From Actinomycetota bacterium (GTDB lineage: Bacteria; Actinomycetota; Actinomycetes; Nanopelagicales; Nanopelagicaceae), in assembly GCA_046094245.1 (NCBI GenBank), contig JBJTHB010000032.1, forward strand, positions 1-32,262: a stretch of DNA of 32,262 bases, given 5' to 3'. The notes under the pieces are model-generated. The model was given only the letters and a program-made list of their open reading frames with translations. It was not told the DNA's origin and ran no database searches. The translations under genes were made by a program, and so were the position numbers. Within the stretch, counting starts at the first letter, position 1; each line of letters opens with the position of its first letter. This document shows positions 1-8,402 of this stretch, in pieces.

Positions 1-172
1 AGGTAAGAATCCCTCGCGAAGTTAGCCACCAATTCGTGATCAGTTGAAAGAAAAGCATGATTCCATAGGCGTTCCAGAAACTCTTTCGAGTGACCATTCG
101 GGATTTTGTGCCAAATAGATCAAAAAGAATGGCAATCAGAGCCATCGTTAAAGCAAGTTGTGTGTATGTCAT
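1..172 (-). CDS. crtYd: Lycopene cyclase domain protein, second subunit of a heterodimeric lycopene beta-cyclase. Partial: the 3' end runs off the left edge of the window.
   Basis: My own translation of the minus strand from the ATG at 172..170 gives MTYTQLALTMALIAILFDLFGTKSRMVTRKSFWNAYGIMLFFQLITNWWLTSRGIL. This is hydrophobic and resembles a lycopene cyclase domain. The ATG overlaps the TGA of the upstream subunit in an ATGA junction. The Yc/Yd assignment is by gene order only. Confidence 0.6.
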   Translation of the reverse strand, partial: MTYTQLALTMALIAILFDLFGTKSRMVTRKSFWNAYGIMLFFQLITNWWLTSRGILT

Positions 173-501
173 TGTTCGTCACCAAATATCCAGTGTTTCT
201 TTACTGCTCGCACGGCTTCAATTGTCATTAAGCCAGCTAGAGGGACGACGATGAAGAAAAGGAATTCCTCAAGGGGTACGCCGGCTGGACCATAGATTCC
301 TACTACTTGTTCTTCATCAAAGAACCAATGCCCCGATGCGACAGCGTAGTAATCCCAAGTGAGGAAAATCGCGGCAACAGGAAAGATGCTTAATGCAGCT
401 CTCTTGAGTCGTCGCAAAACTCCGACTTTAAAAATGAATTCCAGCCAGAATGAACCAATAACAGTGAAGCCCAACATCGCGAAGTAGCCAAATTTGAGCA
501 T
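169..501 (-). CDS. crtYc: Lycopene cyclase domain protein, first subunit of a heterodimeric lycopene beta-cyclase.
   Basis: 110-aa, roughly 3-TM hydrophobic protein with WDYYAV...GVPLEEFLFFIVVP, typical of the small actinobacterial CrtYc/CrtYd lycopene cyclase domain. It is translationally coupled (ATGA) to a second such ORF. Confidence 0.65.
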   Translation of the reverse strand: MLKFGYFAMLGFTVIGSFWLEFIFKVGVLRRLKRAALSIFPVAAIFLTWDYYAVASGHWFFDEEQVVGIYGPAGVPLEEFLFFIVVPLAGLMTIEAVRAVKKHWIFGDEQ

Positions 502-524
502 GGCTTATGCTAATGTTTTATTTC

Positions 525-606
525 AACGGGAGCCAAAAGTTGGCTGAGAGGACCTTTCGAGGTCGACCGCTAGACCAGTTCGGTAATGCGAACTGGAAGG
601 GAGTAA
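525..606 (+). promoter_or_regulatory. TPP (THI-box) riboswitch aptamer in the 5' leader of the PnuC-family gene.
   Basis: Read directly from the sequence. Hairpin AGCCAA-AAG-UUGGCU (531-545) runs into the invariant CUGAGA (544-549). An extra hairpin GACCU-UUCG-AGGUC lies at 551-564. A perfect 8-bp stem CCAGUUCG/CGAACUGG closes the conserved GUAAUG loop (575-596) and is followed by AGGGAG (598-603). This matches the ...GCUGAGA...ACCUGAUCUGGAUAAUGCCAGCGUAGGGA core of the E. coli thiM-type aptamer. The ATG is at 610. Confidence 0.8.
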
Positions 607-609
607 CTC

Positions 610-1188
610 ATGTCAGTTTTCTTTACCGCCTGGGGCTACGGCGTTACATATCTCGAATTTGTATCAGTCATCACTTCTTTAATTGCTGTTTTTCTTGGTG
701 CGCTAGGCGCTCGGATCGCCTGGCCATGGTGGTTGCTCAGCAGCGCTCTTTATTCAATCTTCTTCTACCAAGTGGATCTTTTTGCCAGCGCGATTCTGCA
801 ATTGGTTTTTATCTCAGCTGCAGCTTGGGGATGGTTCGGATGGAAATCCACAGGCGCAGAACCTCGATACATGTCCAACAAAGAACGAGCACTGTGGCTA
901 TCTGTACTTCTCATTGTTTGGGGCGTGAGCGCGCCAGCTCTGGCAGATATTGGGGCTGCAGCAACGTGGCCAGACGCCTTCTTACTTGTCTCAAGTACGG
1001 TCGCACAGGTTGTGATGGTGCTTCAACGTAATGAAACATGGATTCTCTGGCTCGTCATAGACTTATTTGGAACATATCACTACGCGAATCAAGGTTATTG
1101 GTTCACGGCAGTCCTCTATGGCGTCTTCACAGTAATCGCGGGATTCGGCTGGTATCGCTGGTTAGCACTCACTCCTAAAACTGAGTAA
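610..1188 (+). CDS. pnuC: PnuC-family vitamin transporter. Predicted thiamine-specific (PnuT type) because of the upstream TPP riboswitch.
   Basis: 192-aa multi-TM protein with the Trp-rich AAAWGWFGW and GFGWYRW segments typical of PnuC nicotinamide-riboside-transporter-family proteins. The TPP riboswitch lies immediately 5'. Confidence 0.8.
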   Translation: MSVFFTAWGYGVTYLEFVSVITSLIAVFLGALGARIAWPWWLLSSALYSIFFYQVDLFASAILQLVFISAAAWGWFGWKSTGAEPRYMSNKERALWLSVLLIVWGVSAPALADIGAAATWPDAFLLVSSTVAQVVMVLQRNETWILWLVIDLFGTYHYANQGYWFTAVLYGVFTVIAGFGWYRWLALTPKTE

Positions 1189-1193
1189 CAGAC

Positions 1194-1766
1194 GTGACTA
1201 CACAAATCTCACTTCAGGAAATCATAGAGAAGATATTGCGGGGTGAGCGGCGTAATAACTTCTGCCGTATTATCGCAATTGATGGCCCAGCTGGAGCAGG
1301 TAAATCAACGCTCGCTCATCGGATTGTCGGTTCATTTCCTTCTTCGAACGTTGCCGTAATTCACATGGATGATCTTTACGCGGGCTGGGAAGATGCACTG
1401 ACTCCCACTCTGACGAAGACATTGGAGTTGAATATTGCTGGTCCGGCATCGCAAGGCAAATCATTTCAATTCCGAAAATACGATTGGATTGCGAAAGGAT
1501 TTGGAAATTTCATTAGCGTGGAACTTCCCGACCTGTTGATTCTTGAAGGTGTGGGTGCAGGACAGAGAAGCATTCGCAAATATTTGGATCAACTCATTTG
1601 GATTGATATTGAACCTGAAGTTGGACTTTCTCGAGTTTTACAGCGTGATGGTGATTACATAGAAAATGAAATGCGAGTCTGGCAAATGAGGGAAAGTGAA
1701 CACTTTCGAAGCGACAACACTCGCGATTGTGCGACCGTCCGCGTCGATGGCACTCTCTTCATCTAA
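1194..1766 (+). CDS. P-loop kinase of the uridine kinase / phosphoribulokinase-like family. Substrate unknown.
   Basis: Walker A motif IIAIDGPAGAGKSTLAHRI, then HMDDLY and LLILEGVGAG motifs as in uridine-kinase-like NTP-dependent small-molecule kinases. GTG start lies 5 nt after the pnuC stop. Confidence 0.6.
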   Translation: MTTQISLQEIIEKILRGERRNNFCRIIAIDGPAGAGKSTLAHRIVGSFPSSNVAVIHMDDLYAGWEDALTPTLTKTLELNIAGPASQGKSFQFRKYDWIAKGFGNFISVELPDLLILEGVGAGQRSIRKYLDQLIWIDIEPEVGLSRVLQRDGDYIENEMRVWQMRESEHFRSDNTRDCATVRVDGTLFI

Positions 1767-1775
1767 AATTCACGC

Positions 1776-3662
1776 GTGTCAGACTTAACCGGCGAGGTCA
1801 TCGATGGGCGATATCAGCTCAGTCGAATCGTTGCTTCCGGAGGTATGGCAACCATATACGCCGCATTAGATCTTCGTCTCGATCGCCAGGTTGCAGTAAA
1901 AGTAATGCATCCACATCTTGCCCAAGATGAACAATTCGTCTCAAGATTCATACGGGAGGCAAAAGCTGCGGCATCACTCTCCCACCCCAACATCGTGTCG
2001 GTTTTGGATCAAGGTTGGAATCAAGGTGGGGTTCCTTGTGTATTCATTGTTATGGAATTGGTTGAGGGCGCAACCCTTCGCGATTACTTGCATGAACAAG
2101 GTTCACTTACTGTGGAACGCGCACTTCAGATTATGACGCCCGTTGCAAGCGCACTTGCAGCAGCACACAAATTAGGCATCACACATCGAGACATCAAGCC
2201 AGAAAACATTCTCGTGTCCAAAGAGGGACGTATCAAAATTGCAGACTTTGGCCTTGCGCGTGGCGCTCTGCTGGGAAATACGATGACTGCAGAATCAAGC
2301 GTGATCCTGGGTAGCGTCTCCTATCTCTCTCCTGAGCAGGTTCAACGAGGAGTTGCCGATGCACGAAGCGATGTTTATTCCCTTGGGATTGTTCTCTTTG
2401 AAATACTCACTGGCCAGAAACCGTATCAAGGTGATGACCCAGTACAGATTGCCATCCGCCATGTGAATGAGCGGGTTCCAGCTCCCTCCACAATAAAGTC
2501 TTCAATCACTGCGGACGTTGATGAACTGGTACTCGCTGCGACGGATATTGATCCTGATAAACGACCACGAGATGCCGGCGTTCTACTGGAAAAGATCAGA
2601 GTACTTTCCGAGAAACTTGATCCACGAAAGCGCCAGCTCAGTCTGGAATTGGATCTTCCACCATTGCCGATAAAGCCCACTGCCAAGGAACGAAAGTCCA
2701 AATTTTCGACACCTGCAAAGAAAGAGGAGACGCCCGTGAAAAAGGAGAAAACTGCTCAAACCAAAAAGAAGCAGGTATCGGCGCGCGTACAACGTAACCG
2801 CAGAATCGCCGCATTGATAGCGATTCTTATCGGTGCAGGTATTTGGTATGGATTCCTTGGTCCGGGATCAAAAGTAGTTGTTCCCTCGCTCGCTGGCCTT
2901 ACCGTAAAAGAGGCAACATCAACCTTGAAGGACTTGGGGCTATCTCTTGATGTCGCAACGGAAGAATTCAGTGAGGATATTCCTGATGGGAAAATCATCA
3001 ACTCAAGCCCAGCGGGTGGTGGACGGGTCTCCCCCAATGCCAGTGTGGATGTCACAATCTCCAAAGGAAAAGAGCGCTATGCAGTTCCTAATCTTCAAGG
3101 ACTAAAACAGGATGTTGCTGAACAGCAACTGAAAGAGAACAAACTCGTCCTAGGTGAAGTGAAAGAAGAATTCTCTACCGAGTTTCCCAAAGGTTTCATC
3201 ATGCGATCTGAACCAACGTCGGGAGAACGCGTCAAGCGAGATAGCCAAGTCAATCTGGTGATTTCCCTTGGCGTTGAACAAGTAGCTTTCAACGATTACA
3301 AAGGAAAGAGTGGCGAACAAGCACTTAACGAACTTACTGATGCAGGCTTTGATGTGAAAACCAAGTATGTCTTCAGTGAAGATCTGCCCATTGGTGCTGT
3401 GATAAGCCAGACGCCTGGTGCTGGTGAAGTCGATAAGGGAAGTACCATCACCCTTCTCGTATCTAAAGGTTCAGAATTCGTCTTCGTTCCGAATGTTTTC
3501 TCAGTCTCAGAAGCGAAAGCTATTGCTGCGCTGAAGGACTTGGATTTGAAACCAGTAGTCAAGAAAGTTGGGAACAAGAAGACGAAAGTCGTTACCAACG
3601 TCTCACCTAAGGTTGGCGCGAAGGTGAAACGTGGCTCGACGGTAACAATCACTGTAGGGTGA
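1776..3662 (+). CDS. pknB: Transmembrane Ser/Thr protein kinase with four extracellular PASTA domains (PknB type).
   Basis: Hanks kinase motifs are present: GGMATIYAA...VAVK, HRDIKPENIL, DFGLA, SPEQ. These are followed by a Lys-rich linker, one TM segment (IAALIAILIGAGIWYGFLG) and four ~65-aa PASTA repeats. GTG start. Confidence 0.9.
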   Translation: MSDLTGEVIDGRYQLSRIVASGGMATIYAALDLRLDRQVAVKVMHPHLAQDEQFVSRFIREAKAAASLSHPNIVSVLDQGWNQGGVPCVFIVMELVEGATLRDYLHEQGSLTVERALQIMTPVASALAAAHKLGITHRDIKPENILVSKEGRIKIADFGLARGALLGNTMTAESSVILGSVSYLSPEQVQRGVADARSDVYSLGIVLFEILTGQKPYQGDDPVQIAIRHVNERVPAPSTIKSSITADVDELVLAATDIDPDKRPRDAGVLLEKIRVLSEKLDPRKRQLSLELDLPPLPIKPTAKERKSKFSTPAKKEETPVKKEKTAQTKKKQVSARVQRNRRIAALIAILIGAGIWYGFLGPGSKVVVPSLAGLTVKEATSTLKDLGLSLDVATEEFSEDIPDGKIINSSPAGGGRVSPNASVDVTISKGKERYAVPNLQGLKQDVAEQQLKENKLVLGEVKEEFSTEFPKGFIMRSEPTSGERVKRDSQVNLVISLGVEQVAFNDYKGKSGEQALNELTDAGFDVKTKYVFSEDLPIGAVISQTPGAGEVDKGSTITLLVSKGSEFVFVPNVFSVSEAKAIAALKDLDLKPVVKKVGNKKTKVVTNVSPKVGAKVKRGSTVTITVG

Positions 3663-3666
3663 TTGA

Positions 3667-4557
3667 GTGCCATCAGCTACAAAGAAGCCCCCAACACCGA
3701 AAGTGAAGCGACCTCGACTCGGCGCCCACGTCCCTACTTCAGGTGGGATGGCTAAACGATCAATCGAATATGCGCAGACGATCAACGCTGAAGCGATTCA
3801 AGTCTTCGCCTCAAACCCGCGCGGTTGGGCAATGCCAGAAGCAAATCCACAAGCAGATATGGCATTTATTGAGAAGGCCCAAGAACTTGATATCGAAACG
3901 TATGTCCATGCGCCTTTTCTCATAAACCTTGGCTCGCCAACCGAAGGCACGTATAAGAATTCACTGGCTTCAACTGCCTATTCATTGAGACGAGGCCGGG
4001 AGATTAAAGCTCTCGGTGTTGTCATCCATACTGGTTCAGCAGTCGATGAAAGTCATGTGAAGCAAGCGTGGAAACAGATTCATGACGGGATGATGCCGAT
4101 ACTTGAGAAACTAAATGATGAAGATCCATGGCTACTTCTCGAGCCAACTGCTGGTCAAGGTCAGTCCTTAGTGAAGAAGTTAGACGATCTCAATAATTAC
4201 TTTGAGGCGCTGGAATGGCATCCCAAAGTTGGCGTCTGTCTCGACACATGTCACGTATTCGCCGCCGGCCATGACATCAAATCCAAGGGTGGAATGACCA
4301 AGACGATTGATCTGCTCGTTGATGTGGCTGGTGCAGAACGAATCCAACTCATTCACGCTAATGATTCGATGGATGTACTCGGGTCACTGAAAGACCGACA
4401 TCAAAATCTCGGTGATGGAGAGATTGGCGTCAAACCTTTCGAAGAGTTGCTCGCACATCCCGCAGTCGTCAATGCTCCGCTGATTCTCGAAACTCCAGGC
4501 GATGAACCAGAACATGGTAAAGAAGTAGCGTTATTGCGAAAGTTGCGCGATAAATAA
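3667..4557 (+). CDS. nfo: Deoxyribonuclease IV (endonuclease IV, AP endonuclease family 2).
   Basis: LGAHV...HAPFLINLGSP...IHTGS...LLEPTAGQG...CLDTCHVFAAGHD...IHANDS...DRHQNLGDGEIG is the metal-ligand pattern of Nfo. There is a short basic N-terminal extension and a GTG start. Confidence 0.9.
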   Translation: MPSATKKPPTPKVKRPRLGAHVPTSGGMAKRSIEYAQTINAEAIQVFASNPRGWAMPEANPQADMAFIEKAQELDIETYVHAPFLINLGSPTEGTYKNSLASTAYSLRRGREIKALGVVIHTGSAVDESHVKQAWKQIHDGMMPILEKLNDEDPWLLLEPTAGQGQSLVKKLDDLNNYFEALEWHPKVGVCLDTCHVFAAGHDIKSKGGMTKTIDLLVDVAGAERIQLIHANDSMDVLGSLKDRHQNLGDGEIGVKPFEELLAHPAVVNAPLILETPGDEPEHGKEVALLRKLRDK

Positions 4558-5417
4558 TGCAGATGAAGTTAGCGCCATGGGCGCTCTTAAGCGTTGCCGC
4601 CATGTGGGGAATCTCCTTTGTTTGGATGAAAGACATCCTTGACCAACAAGATGTCTACAGCTTTTTAACTTCTCGATTTATCGTTGCCGCTGCTGCCATG
4701 ATTGCACTTCGCCCTTCGGTCTTAAAGCGATTCACCAAAGAGCTGGTTATAAAAGGCCTAGTGATCGGTGTGGCGCTTGGCTCTGGATACATATTTCAGA
4801 CACTTGGATTGGAACGCACGACCCCTGCAATTACTGGCTTTATTACTGGACTTTATGTCGTCTTTACTCCACTTCTTGCTTCGTTCTTTCTCAAAGAGAG
4901 ACTGACAAAAGCGATGTGGGGTTATGTCTTCTTAGCTGTACTCGGATTAGCAATACTCTCTGTCGAAGGGTGGAGCGTAGGAATCGGAGAGATCTTCGTC
5001 TTAATCTCTGCAGTGCTATTTGCTATTCACATCATTTTGCTGGGTTCGTGGAGTAAGAATTTTGATGCTTACGCATTGACTGTCATGCAACTCATTGGAT
5101 GTTCGCTATTGGCTTCTATCCCGGCGAGCATTAACGGTTTTGTCGCACCACCTGATACCCAAGTTTGGGGCGTCATTGTCTTTACCGCATTATTTGCTAC
5201 AGCGATTGCTTTCGTTATTCAAACATGGTCACAAGCTCGAATTTCCACCACGAAGGTCGCAGTCATTCTTACGATGGAAGTCGTCTTTGCAGCGCTCTTT
5301 TCGTTCATGTATGGAATGGAACCATTTACGCTGCGCCTTGCGCTCGGAGGAACGTTGGTACTTATTGCGATGTTGGCAATAGTGCAACCAAGGGTTTCCA
5401 GTACCGCTCAATCCTGA
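4557..5417 (+). CDS. DMT superfamily (EamA-like) transporter.
   Basis: 286 aa, about 10 TM segments with the duplicated EamA-type architecture. The start overlaps the nfo stop by 1 nt (TAATG). Confidence 0.75.
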   Translation: MQMKLAPWALLSVAAMWGISFVWMKDILDQQDVYSFLTSRFIVAAAAMIALRPSVLKRFTKELVIKGLVIGVALGSGYIFQTLGLERTTPAITGFITGLYVVFTPLLASFFLKERLTKAMWGYVFLAVLGLAILSVEGWSVGIGEIFVLISAVLFAIHIILLGSWSKNFDAYALTVMQLIGCSLLASIPASINGFVAPPDTQVWGVIVFTALFATAIAFVIQTWSQARISTTKVAVILTMEVVFAALFSFMYGMEPFTLRLALGGTLVLIAMLAIVQPRVSSTAQS

Positions 5418-5429
5418 GAGTATTACGCC

Positions 5430-6494
5430 ATGACTTCCCATGATTCAGTCATCGATCTTCGCTCGGATACGGTCACTCGCCCATCTCCAGAGATGAGAGA
5501 TGCCATTGCACAAGCGCCCGTCGGGGATGATGTCTACAGCGATGATCCCACAGTTAACTCCTTGGAAGAGAGAGTCGCTGCTCTCTTCGGAAGAGAAGCA
5601 GCTGTTTTCACACCATCAGGTTCTCTTGCAAATCAATTAGCGATTCGCATGTTGGTAGCACCAGGTGAGGAGTTGATCTGTGAAACGAATTCTCATATTG
5701 CGCGTGCTGAACTTGGAGCCGCCGCAGTTTTCAGTGGAATCACCACACGTACATGGATTGCCGATCGTGGATTACTCAAAGCGTCCGACGCTTTAGATCT
5801 AGCCAAGCCTGACTCAGGTCCTTACTTAGTTTCGACCACAGCAATTGCCGTTGAGAACACTCACAACTTTGGTGGCGGCACTGTCCAACCTATAAGTGAA
5901 ATTGCTGCCCTTCGAGAAGAGTCCTCAAAACGAGGAATGGCGATGCATCTTGATGGGGCGAGAATTTGGAACGCCCACGTAGCTTCTGGCGTCACGTTTG
6001 CCGAATACGGAAAATATTTCGACACTATAAGTGTCTGCCTTTCAAAAGGATTGGGTGCGCCAGTTGGTTCTCTCATGATTTCAACGAAAGAACGAGTCGC
6101 ACGTGCGCGAGTGTGGCGTAAACGTTATGGCGCAGGCATGCGCCAAGTCGGAATCCTGGCTGCCGCTGGTCACTACGCGCTCGATCACAACATCGCCAAC
6201 CTCTCTGAAGACCATCGACGTGCAAAAGTTTTAGCAAGTGCATGCGCAAGTGTTGCCCCAACCACAATTGATCCCTCAACTGTGGAAACAAATATCGTGG
6301 GATTAGATCTCAAAGGTTCACACCAAACTGCTGCTCAATTTGCAGCGAGTGCGCGAGAGAAAGGCTTATGGATTGGTGCGCTTGGCCCGACCTTCGTTCG
6401 ACTCGTAACCCACCGTGATATCAACGATTCACAGATTGAGCGCGCAGCTTCAATCTTGCGAGACCTACTTCAGGGCGCCTTCGTGGCGAAGTAG
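5430..6494 (+). CDS. ltaE: Low-specificity L-threonine aldolase (PLP-dependent, beta-eliminating lyase fold).
   Basis: N-terminal [18 protein letters not shown]...[23 protein letters not shown], and [13 protein letters not shown] carrying the PLP lysine, are typical of LtaE/GntG-family aldolases. Confidence 0.8.
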   Translation: MTSHDSVIDLRSDTVTRPSPEMRDAIAQAPVGDDVYSDDPTVNSLEERVAALFGREAAVFTPSGSLANQLAIRMLVAPGEELICETNSHIARAELGAAAVFSGITTRTWIADRGLLKASDALDLAKPDSGPYLVSTTAIAVENTHNFGGGTVQPISEIAALREESSKRGMAMHLDGARIWNAHVASGVTFAEYGKYFDTISVCLSKGLGAPVGSLMISTKERVARARVWRKRYGAGMRQVGILAAAGHYALDHNIANLSEDHRRAKVLASACASVAPTTIDPSTVETNIVGLDLKGSHQTAAQFAASAREKGLWIGALGPTFVRLVTHRDINDSQIERAASILRDLLQGAFVAK

Positions 6495-6959
6495 CCACTC
6501 TTTATATTTCAAGCCGTAAGCATAATTTCCTAGCGCTCCACCAGTCTTCACGATTCGATGACAGGGTACGACGACGGCGATCAAGTTACGCGCACACGCA
6601 CTTCCTGCCGCTCTTACTGCATCAGGTGATCCAGCTTTCTTCGCCAAATCTGCATATGAGATGATTTTTCCCGGCGCTATTTTGCGCATTCCTTTCCATG
6701 CTTGCTGTGAGAATCTCTCCCCGGGTTGATCGACCTTTATTCCATCAAGGGCATATAAGTCACCGTCAAAATAATTTTCAAGGAGATCGCTAATTACTGG
6801 GATGTCGGCGACTTTTTTCGAATCAGAATGTTTATCTGCTTGCGATAATCCTTTCATCAATTCATCATGTGAAACGAAGCCGGCTGCAAGGAGTATCTGT
6901 TCACGGGAAATGAGTGAGAGCGCACCGATTGGGGTCTTCACTGATGAGCGCAGGAGCAC
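6465..6959 (-). CDS. ogt: Methylated-DNA-protein-cysteine methyltransferase.
   Basis: Active-site motif VVPCHRIV and upstream ISYADLAKKAG helix-turn-helix segment. GTG start. The 3' end overlaps the convergent ltaE by 30 nt. Confidence 0.88.
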   Translation of the reverse strand: MLLRSSVKTPIGALSLISREQILLAAGFVSHDELMKGLSQADKHSDSKKVADIPVISDLLENYFDGDLYALDGIKVDQPGERFSQQAWKGMRKIAPGKIISYADLAKKAGSPDAVRAAGSACARNLIAVVVPCHRIVKTGGALGNYAYGLKYKEWLLRHEGALK

Positions 6960-7007
6960 AACAACACTCTAAACCTCATGCTAGTTATTTGGGAATGGCA
7001 AACCGGG

Positions 7008-8360
7008 TCAGATCTTTCGGTCGCGAAGCATCTCCGCAACAAGGAAGGCAAGCTCCAGAGATTGAGTGTGATTCAAACGCGGATCGCACGCCGTCTCGTA
7101 TCGAGTCGCAAGATCTTCGTGCGAGATATCTTCGCCCCCACCGACGCATTCTGTTACGTCATCCCCAGTAAGCTCGATATGAATTCCGCCGGGATGGGTA
7201 CCAAGTTTGTGGTGAACTTCGAAGAAACCTTTTACTTCCTCTAGAACATCATCGAACTTGCGCGTCTTAAATCCACTTGGAGCTTCATATGTGTTTCCAT
7301 GCATAGGGTCACAGACCCATAGAACTTTGGCGCCTGATTTTGTAACAGCCTCAACAAGTGGGGGCAAAATCGAGCGGATATTGCCAGCACCCATGCGGGT
7401 GATGAACGTTAGTCGTCCTGGTTCATTTTCCGGATTAAGCTCCTTGATAATTGTGAGCGCATCTTCCGGAGTTGTCTTAGGACCAAGTTTTACACCAATG
7501 GGATTCTTGATCTTCTTTGCAAAGTCCATGTGAGCGCCATCAAGTTGGCGAGTCCGTTCACCAATCCAAACAAAATGCGCCGAGACGTCATATGGCAAAC
7601 CTGTGCGCGAATCAATACGCGTTAAAGCTTTCTCATATTCCAGGATTAGGGCTTCATGACTTGAGTAGAAATCGACTGTCTTAAATTCTTCTGGATTGAT
7701 TCCAGCACTTCTCATAAAATCAAGTGCACGACCAATCTCATTAGCCATCTGTTCATAGCGTGCGCCGATGCGTGAATCTTTGACGAAACCTTTGTTCCAT
7801 TCATGAACGAGTCTGAGGTCGGCAAACCCGCCTTGGGTGAAAGCACGCACTAAATTCAATGTGGCAGATGAGGTGTGATAAACCTTCACGAGTCGCTGTG
7901 GATCAGGAGTACGAGCACTTTCCGTGAATTCAAGATCATTGACGGCATCTCCACGATATGCGGGAAGACTTACATCTCCGCGCTTCTCGATATCGTTGCT
8001 TCGCGGTTTGGCAAATTGGCCAGCCATACGGCCAACTTTGATGACTGGAAGACTTGCTCCATATTGCAGAACCGCAGCCATCTGAAGAATGGTTTTGATG
8101 CGATTGCGAATTGAATCTGCTGTCGCAGCAGTAAAAGTTTCAGCGCAATCTCCGCCTTGTAGCCAGAATGCTTTTCCATCAGCAGCTTCTGCGATTTTTG
8201 CTTTCAAATTGTCACACTCACCAGCGAATACCAGCGGTGGAAGTGTTTTAAGCTCGGAAACCGCTTTCTTCAACGCTGCTGCGTTCGGCCATGCAGGTTG
8301 TTGTGCAGCGATCAAGCTCTCGTTGAAGAGAGTTTCGAGTGAGACCGAGGAAGCGGACAT
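7008..8360 (-). CDS. aroG: Class II 3-deoxy-7-phosphoheptulonate (DAHP) synthase.
   Basis: 450 aa. QPAWPN...PPLVFAGEC...FWLQGGDCAETF and the overall length match the actinobacterial/plant class II DAHP synthase family. Confidence 0.9.
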   Translation of the reverse strand: MSASSVSLETLFNESLIAAQQPAWPNAAALKKAVSELKTLPPLVFAGECDNLKAKIAEAADGKAFWLQGGDCAETFTAATADSIRNRIKTILQMAAVLQYGASLPVIKVGRMAGQFAKPRSNDIEKRGDVSLPAYRGDAVNDLEFTESARTPDPQRLVKVYHTSSATLNLVRAFTQGGFADLRLVHEWNKGFVKDSRIGARYEQMANEIGRALDFMRSAGINPEEFKTVDFYSSHEALILEYEKALTRIDSRTGLPYDVSAHFVWIGERTRQLDGAHMDFAKKIKNPIGVKLGPKTTPEDALTIIKELNPENEPGRLTFITRMGAGNIRSILPPLVEAVTKSGAKVLWVCDPMHGNTYEAPSGFKTRKFDDVLEEVKGFFEVHHKLGTHPGGIHIELTGDDVTECVGGGEDISHEDLATRYETACDPRLNHTQSLELAFLVAEMLRDRKI

Positions 8361-8402
8361 AGAGGTAAGAGTAGGGAAATTCAGTCCAGAGACGAAGACC
8401 TA

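Noticed and set aside
507-1031. 174-aa plus-strand ORF beginning in the crtY/pnuC spacer and running out of frame through pnuC.
   Set aside because: It overlaps the TPP riboswitch and the well-supported PnuC frame. Its translation is Arg/Ser/Cys-rich with no recognisable domain, typical of an off-frame shadow ORF.
8361-8402. Possible attenuator or leader peptide upstream of aroG (aromatic amino acid control).
   Set aside because: The spacer is only 42 nt, with no Trp/Phe/Tyr-rich mini-ORF and no alternative hairpins. It contains only a small GTC-TCTG-GAC stem, which is insufficient.
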